A stretch of DNA of 64,000 nt from a bacterium (GTDB taxonomy: Bacteria > SAR324 > NAC60-12). This document shows, piece after piece, positions 59,936 to 64,000 of this stretch (within the stretch, counting starts at the first letter, position 1; each line of letters opens with the position of its first letter). The notes beneath the pieces were generated by a model. That model made no database searches. It saw only the letters and a program-made list of their open reading frames with translations, and had not been told where the DNA came from. A program made the translations under genes and the position numbers. The stretch is from assembly GCA_965209155.1 (NCBI GenBank), contig OZ242383.1, positions 192,001-256,000 on the forward strand, given 5' to 3'.

Positions 59936-62755
59936 ATGGCAACTCTATTTTACGGCTTAGCGGAGGCCACCCTGTGGTCCAGTCTGCTAATCGTTTTCGT
60001 GTTCTTGATTCGCAAACCGGTGGTTCGTTATTTCGGAGCAAAATGGGGTTACGCGCTTTGGCTGCTCCCCGCGCTTAAAATGATGATCATCGTTACCCCC
60101 CAAACCCAACTCAGTCTCCTTCCTTCCTGGCAAACCATCCTTTATAACTTCAAGATGCAGCAAGGGGTATTTGCCCTGCTGCAAAACAAAAAGCCCCTCA
60201 CCGCTTCCGAAGCTTTATTCAAACAGATTGAAGCAGAGAATACGGTTCGCATGGAAGCCATGAAAACTGCCGTGATGCAGGGAGAGACGTCACCTTTCCC
60301 TGCGAATCGCATCAGTGAGCAAAGCCTCCCTGCCTCAGGTTCCTCATCATCCGACCCTGCTGGCAGGTGGTCTATTTTTGAGGAAATAGACGGCATGACG
60401 ATCCTCTTTTTCGGGTGGCTTGCCGGTTTCGCGGTGATGGGGCTGATCACCATGGGCGGGCATCTGCGATTGCAGAGGCAACTGCAACGAGAAATGTGCC
60501 AACCTTCAAAAGAAATGAGATGGCTGATCGAAAAACTGGCTCGCAAAATGGGCATCAAGTTCCAGGGGAAAGTGCTTGTCTCGGATCGGATTCAGGCCCC
60601 GGCAGTGACCGGATGGCTGCATCCCAAACTGGTGCTGCCCTTCCAGTTTGCGGGATACTATTCCCAACAAGAAATGGAATTCATGCTCTCTCATGAACTG
60701 GTCCATCTGCGACGCAGAGATTATCTCTTCATCACCTGGGCCTTAGCGCTCAAGTGTGTCTATTGGTTCAACCCGTTGATCTATGTGGCCTATCGCCTGT
60801 TCCGCCTGGATCAGGAACTGGCCTGCGATCAAAGGGTGATCACCTCCGTTCCTCTAAACGAACGGAAATCGTATGGATTGACCATACTCAAAACGGCATC
60901 TCAGCCGGAAATGATGTTTGAAAATTTCCAGGCGGGGTGCTTTTGGTTTACTTTTTCTCAAATGAAAGAAAGGATTGCTATGATAAATCATCATCAAAAC
61001 TCAAAAGGGCGTTCCATGCTGGCCCTCATCAGCATGATTGTACTTGGTTTCACAACCTTGACCTTTGCCGCCCAGAAGTATGTGACGGATCCTACCACTG
61101 GTGAGGTAGTGACTGCACCAGAATACGGCGGGACCATCACCCACGCCTTCGTGGCAGAGCATCAGAATCCTGACGTCACACTCTCTGGTGTCTGGGGGAA
61201 TATGTTCTTCAGTGGTGTTTTAGAGAAGCTAGGCACGCCCAACTGGGGAATAGACAGGGCCGAATGGGACTTCACAGGTCTCTCCACGCCTCTGTTTGCC
61301 ATGATAGGGCAGTTGGCGGAAAGCTGGTCGCAGCCCGACCCCCTGACGTTTATCGTCAAAGTCCGCCAGGGCGTTCACTGGCATGATAAGCCCCCAATGT
61401 CCGGTCGGGAGCTGACTGCCAAGGATATCGAATACAACTATCACCGCTTGATGGGGCTCGGCAGTGGCTTCACCGAGCCTACCACCTTTGCCCAGGTTCT
61501 CAAATCGTTGTCATTCGAATCGATAACGGCCACCGACAAATGGACGGTGGTTTTCAAGCTGAAGGAGCCACATCTCCATGCGCTGTCGGCTATCCTCGAC
61601 GACTGGATTGCTTACATATACCCCCCCGAGGTCATCAAGCAATACGGCGACGCGACGGATTGGAAGAACCTGGTCGGTACCGGACCCTTTATGCTGACGG
61701 ACCGGGTCGCGGGCAGCTCTCTTACCTTTACCAAGAATCCCGACTACTGGGGTTATGACGAAAAGTACCCGGAGAACCGCTTGCCCTATATGGACGAGAT
61801 AAGGGGCCTGATTATGCCTGAAGTGGCAACCTATCTGGCGGCACTGCGCTCGGGAAAGCTTGATTACGTCGGGCAGGGCCTCGGCAATATAAGGACTATC
61901 GACCAAGCAGAGAGCCTTCAGCGGACCAACCCCGAAATCAAGCTGTGGCAGATTTACATTGCCTCAATAACGAGTACGGGTCTTAACGTGAATAACCCGC
62001 CCTTTAACGACATCCGGGTGCGCCAGGCCATGCAGATGGCACTGGACCTCGACACCATTAACCGAGGCTACTTTAAGGGTTATGCAGATACGACACCTCA
62101 CGGGCTGATAGGGGATGGTGGCATCGGGTATCACATCCCCTTTGATGAGTGGCCCGAAGCACTCAAGAAAGTCTATGACTATGACCCGGAAGGGGCAGAA
62201 GCGCTGTTGGATGCGGCTGGATATCCGCGCGGCGCCGACGGCATTCGATTCAAGACCGTCTATTCCCACATCGAGCGGTACGATCTGAGCTTTACAGAAT
62301 TACTCGCTGCCTACTGGCGTGAGATCGGCGTTGATGTCGAGATTCGGGTACTGCCACTAGCTGAATTTATCGCTAAAAGAAAAGACCGTGATTTCGAAAT
62401 AATGTCACACGAAGCGGCCTATGGGGGTCTGTCTGATCCTCTCGTTGGGCGCCGCTTTTTGTCCACCACTGTATACAACACCGCCGCAGTGAACGACCCG
62501 GATTATGAAGCCTTGTTTGAAGCTGCCGCAGCCGCGACCACCATTAAGGAGCAGCAGAGGCTGGTTATAGCGATGGATATGTACGCGATAGAGAAGCACT
62601 GGACCGTATGGGGTCCCATAGCTCCTTCGTTTGAAGCGACCCAGCCGTGGCTCAAAGGTTACAACGGTGAATTCCGGTTGGGATTCACTGTAAAAAATTG
62701 GTTGTTCGCCCGCCTCTGGATTGACCAGGACCTGAAGAAAGAAATGGGGTATTAG
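59936..62755 (+). CDS. BlaR1/M56 metallopeptidase fused to a full family-5 ABC substrate-binding domain
   Basis: M56: PAVTGWLHPKLVLP, HELVHLRRRD, WFNPL, ELACD, KERI, final TM; SBP from ~61075: YVTDPTTGEVVTAPEYGG...RLWIDQDLKKEMGY; one open frame, gaggagg RBS. Confidence 0.93.
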   Translation: MATLFYGLAEATLWSSLLIVFVFLIRKPVVRYFGAKWGYALWLLPALKMMIIVTPQTQLSLLPSWQTILYNFKMQQGVFALLQNKKPLTASEALFKQIEAENTVRMEAMKTAVMQGETSPFPANRISEQSLPASGSSSSDPAGRWSIFEEIDGMTILFFGWLAGFAVMGLITMGGHLRLQRQLQREMCQPSKEMRWLIEKLARKMGIKFQGKVLVSDRIQAPAVTGWLHPKLVLPFQFAGYYSQQEMEFMLSHELVHLRRRDYLFITWALALKCVYWFNPLIYVAYRLFRLDQELACDQRVITSVPLNERKSYGLTILKTASQPEMMFENFQAGCFWFTFSQMKERIAMINHHQNSKGRSMLALISMIVLGFTTLTFAAQKYVTDPTTGEVVTAPEYGGTITHAFVAEHQNPDVTLSGVWGNMFFSGVLEKLGTPNWGIDRAEWDFTGLSTPLFAMIGQLAESWSQPDPLTFIVKVRQGVHWHDKPPMSGRELTAKDIEYNYHRLMGLGSGFTEPTTFAQVLKSLSFESITATDKWTVVFKLKEPHLHALSAILDDWIAYIYPPEVIKQYGDATDWKNLVGTGPFMLTDRVAGSSLTFTKNPDYWGYDEKYPENRLPYMDEIRGLIMPEVATYLAALRSGKLDYVGQGLGNIRTIDQAESLQRTNPEIKLWQIYIASITSTGLNVNNPPFNDIRVRQAMQMALDLDTINRGYFKGYADTTPHGLIGDGGIGYHIPFDEWPEALKKVYDYDPEGAEALLDAAGYPRGADGIRFKTVYSHIERYDLSFTELLAAYWREIGVDVEIRVLPLAEFIAKRKDRDFEIMSHEAAYGGLSDPLVGRRFLSTTVYNTAAVNDPDYEALFEAAAAATTIKEQQRLVIAMDMYAIEKHWTVWGPIAPSFEATQPWLKGYNGEFRLGFTVKNWLFARLWIDQDLKKEMGY

Positions 62756-62764
62756 GGATTTCAG

Positions 62765-63721
62765 ATGAGAGCCTATCTCCTCAGGCGGTTGTTGCTGATC
62801 CTCCCCACGCTGTTTATCTTGAGCATCCTGGTCTTTCTCTCGGTGCGCTTCATCCCCGGCGATGTCATCGACGTCATGGTGGGCCGGATGGAATTGTCCG
62901 CTACAGAGATAGACCGGGAAGCGCTTGAGCGTCAACTGGGACTAGACGTGCCGGTCTGGGTGCAGTATACACGCTGGATCGGCGATATTTTTCGGCACGG
63001 CAGCCTGGGCCATTCAATGTTGGGCGGTGCGGCGGTGGAGGAACAGATCATAGGAAGACTGCCGGTCACCCTTGAGTTGGGTGTCCTGGCCATCGTCATC
63101 GGGCTCGTGATCGCGCTGCCCGTGGGCATCTACTCGGCGATTCGCCAGGATACGGCCGTCGACTACCTAGGGCGCTCCCTGGCCGTCATCGGTCTGGCCA
63201 CGCCAAACTTCTGGCTCGGCATTATGGTGATGATCTTCCCCACCATCTGGTGGGGCTGGACGCCCCCGCTGGAAATGGTTCCTTTCACCGAGGATCCGCT
63301 GGGGAATCTCTGGGGGTTCCTCATCCCCAGCCTGATTCTGGGGACGGCCTCCTCTGCCGCCACCATGCGGATGATGCGCACCATGATGCTGGAGGTCTTA
63401 AGGCAGGACTATATCCGCACTGCCTGGTCCAAGGGGCTCCGGGAGCGGGTCGTGATTATCCGGCACACCATCAAAAATGCCCTCATCCCGGTTATCACCC
63501 TGATCGGCCTGCAGTTGCCGATCCTGGTCGGGGGTGCCGTGATCATGGAGAACATCTTCAACCTGCCGGGGCTCGGTCGTCTCTTAGTGAATGCCCTCCA
63601 AAACCGGGACTACCCGATGGTCTCCGGAATCAACCTGTTTTTCGCCACCGGGGTGGTGCTGCTCAATCTCCTCATCGACCTGATTTATCCCTATCTGGAC
63701 CCGAGAGTGCGATATGAATAA
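62765..63721 (+). CDS. ABC permease (OppB/DppB type)
   Basis: Close paralogue of 1717-2676; starts 10 nt after the fusion stop. Confidence 0.95.
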   Translation: MRAYLLRRLLLILPTLFILSILVFLSVRFIPGDVIDVMVGRMELSATEIDREALERQLGLDVPVWVQYTRWIGDIFRHGSLGHSMLGGAAVEEQIIGRLPVTLELGVLAIVIGLVIALPVGIYSAIRQDTAVDYLGRSLAVIGLATPNFWLGIMVMIFPTIWWGWTPPLEMVPFTEDPLGNLWGFLIPSLILGTASSAATMRMMRTMMLEVLRQDYIRTAWSKGLRERVVIIRHTIKNALIPVITLIGLQLPILVGGAVIMENIFNLPGLGRLLVNALQNRDYPMVSGINLFFATGVVLLNLLIDLIYPYLDPRVRYE

Positions 63722-64000
63722 GGCCAGCGGACGGTGCCTTCCAAACACCCGCCATTTTTTGTAACATACTTGCCTCCGGGATGGGGGACTGCTTTAGGGG
63801 TTCCCTGTCTTCTACCTTCTGTGTCACGAAACCACGTCTCATCTTTGCTTTTGTGGGATCTTCAAGGGAGGCAAGCGCTAGGAGAAATGTTTCCTCCTCA
63901 AAGATTTTGGTTTCGTCCTCTGATAGCCTCTAAAAGTGTCCTTTTGGTCTTCAAAAAAAAGAGACAGAAATGACCGAGTGGCGAGGGATCCTGTGGAGGA

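Noticed and set aside
63734..64000. ORF 63734-63973 and ATG at 63970
   Set aside because: No recognisable motif; the second is cut by the window edge

Overview
Bacterial chromosomal window. An AT-rich, Gram-negative-type backbone (msrPQ, DegT aminotransferase, CPBP protease, recC-recB-recD, gmhB-like, moaB, cdd; ~27.3-44 kb) is flanked by two mosaic accessory regions. These are rich in family-5 ABC substrate-binding protein (SBP, OppA/DppA-like) and OppB-type permease paralogues, GC-rich catabolic genes, toxin-antitoxin remnants and mobile DNA: an IS256, a 3.7-kb IS21 with two passenger genes, an IS200 and an internally deleted group II intron. The best candidate for an undescribed system is 59.5-63.7 kb: a BlaI/MecI-type repressor, then a BlaR1/M56 metalloprotease whose sensor is a complete family-5 SBP, then a permease. 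That SBP belongs to a dispersed paralogue family that shows direct signs of recombination in this window (mosaic permease 3' ends, a PPDK-N::SBP chimera, a ~1-kb duplication). Other notable items are an ArsC-family UxxC selenoprotein missed by the ORF track (41522-41860, -), iteron-like repeats inside the IS21, and tandemly stacked in-frame RBS+ATG units in front of two SBP genes. No rRNA, tRNA or CRISPR array was seen. All family calls come from motif recognition by eye; no searches were run, and some frameshifts could be assembly errors.
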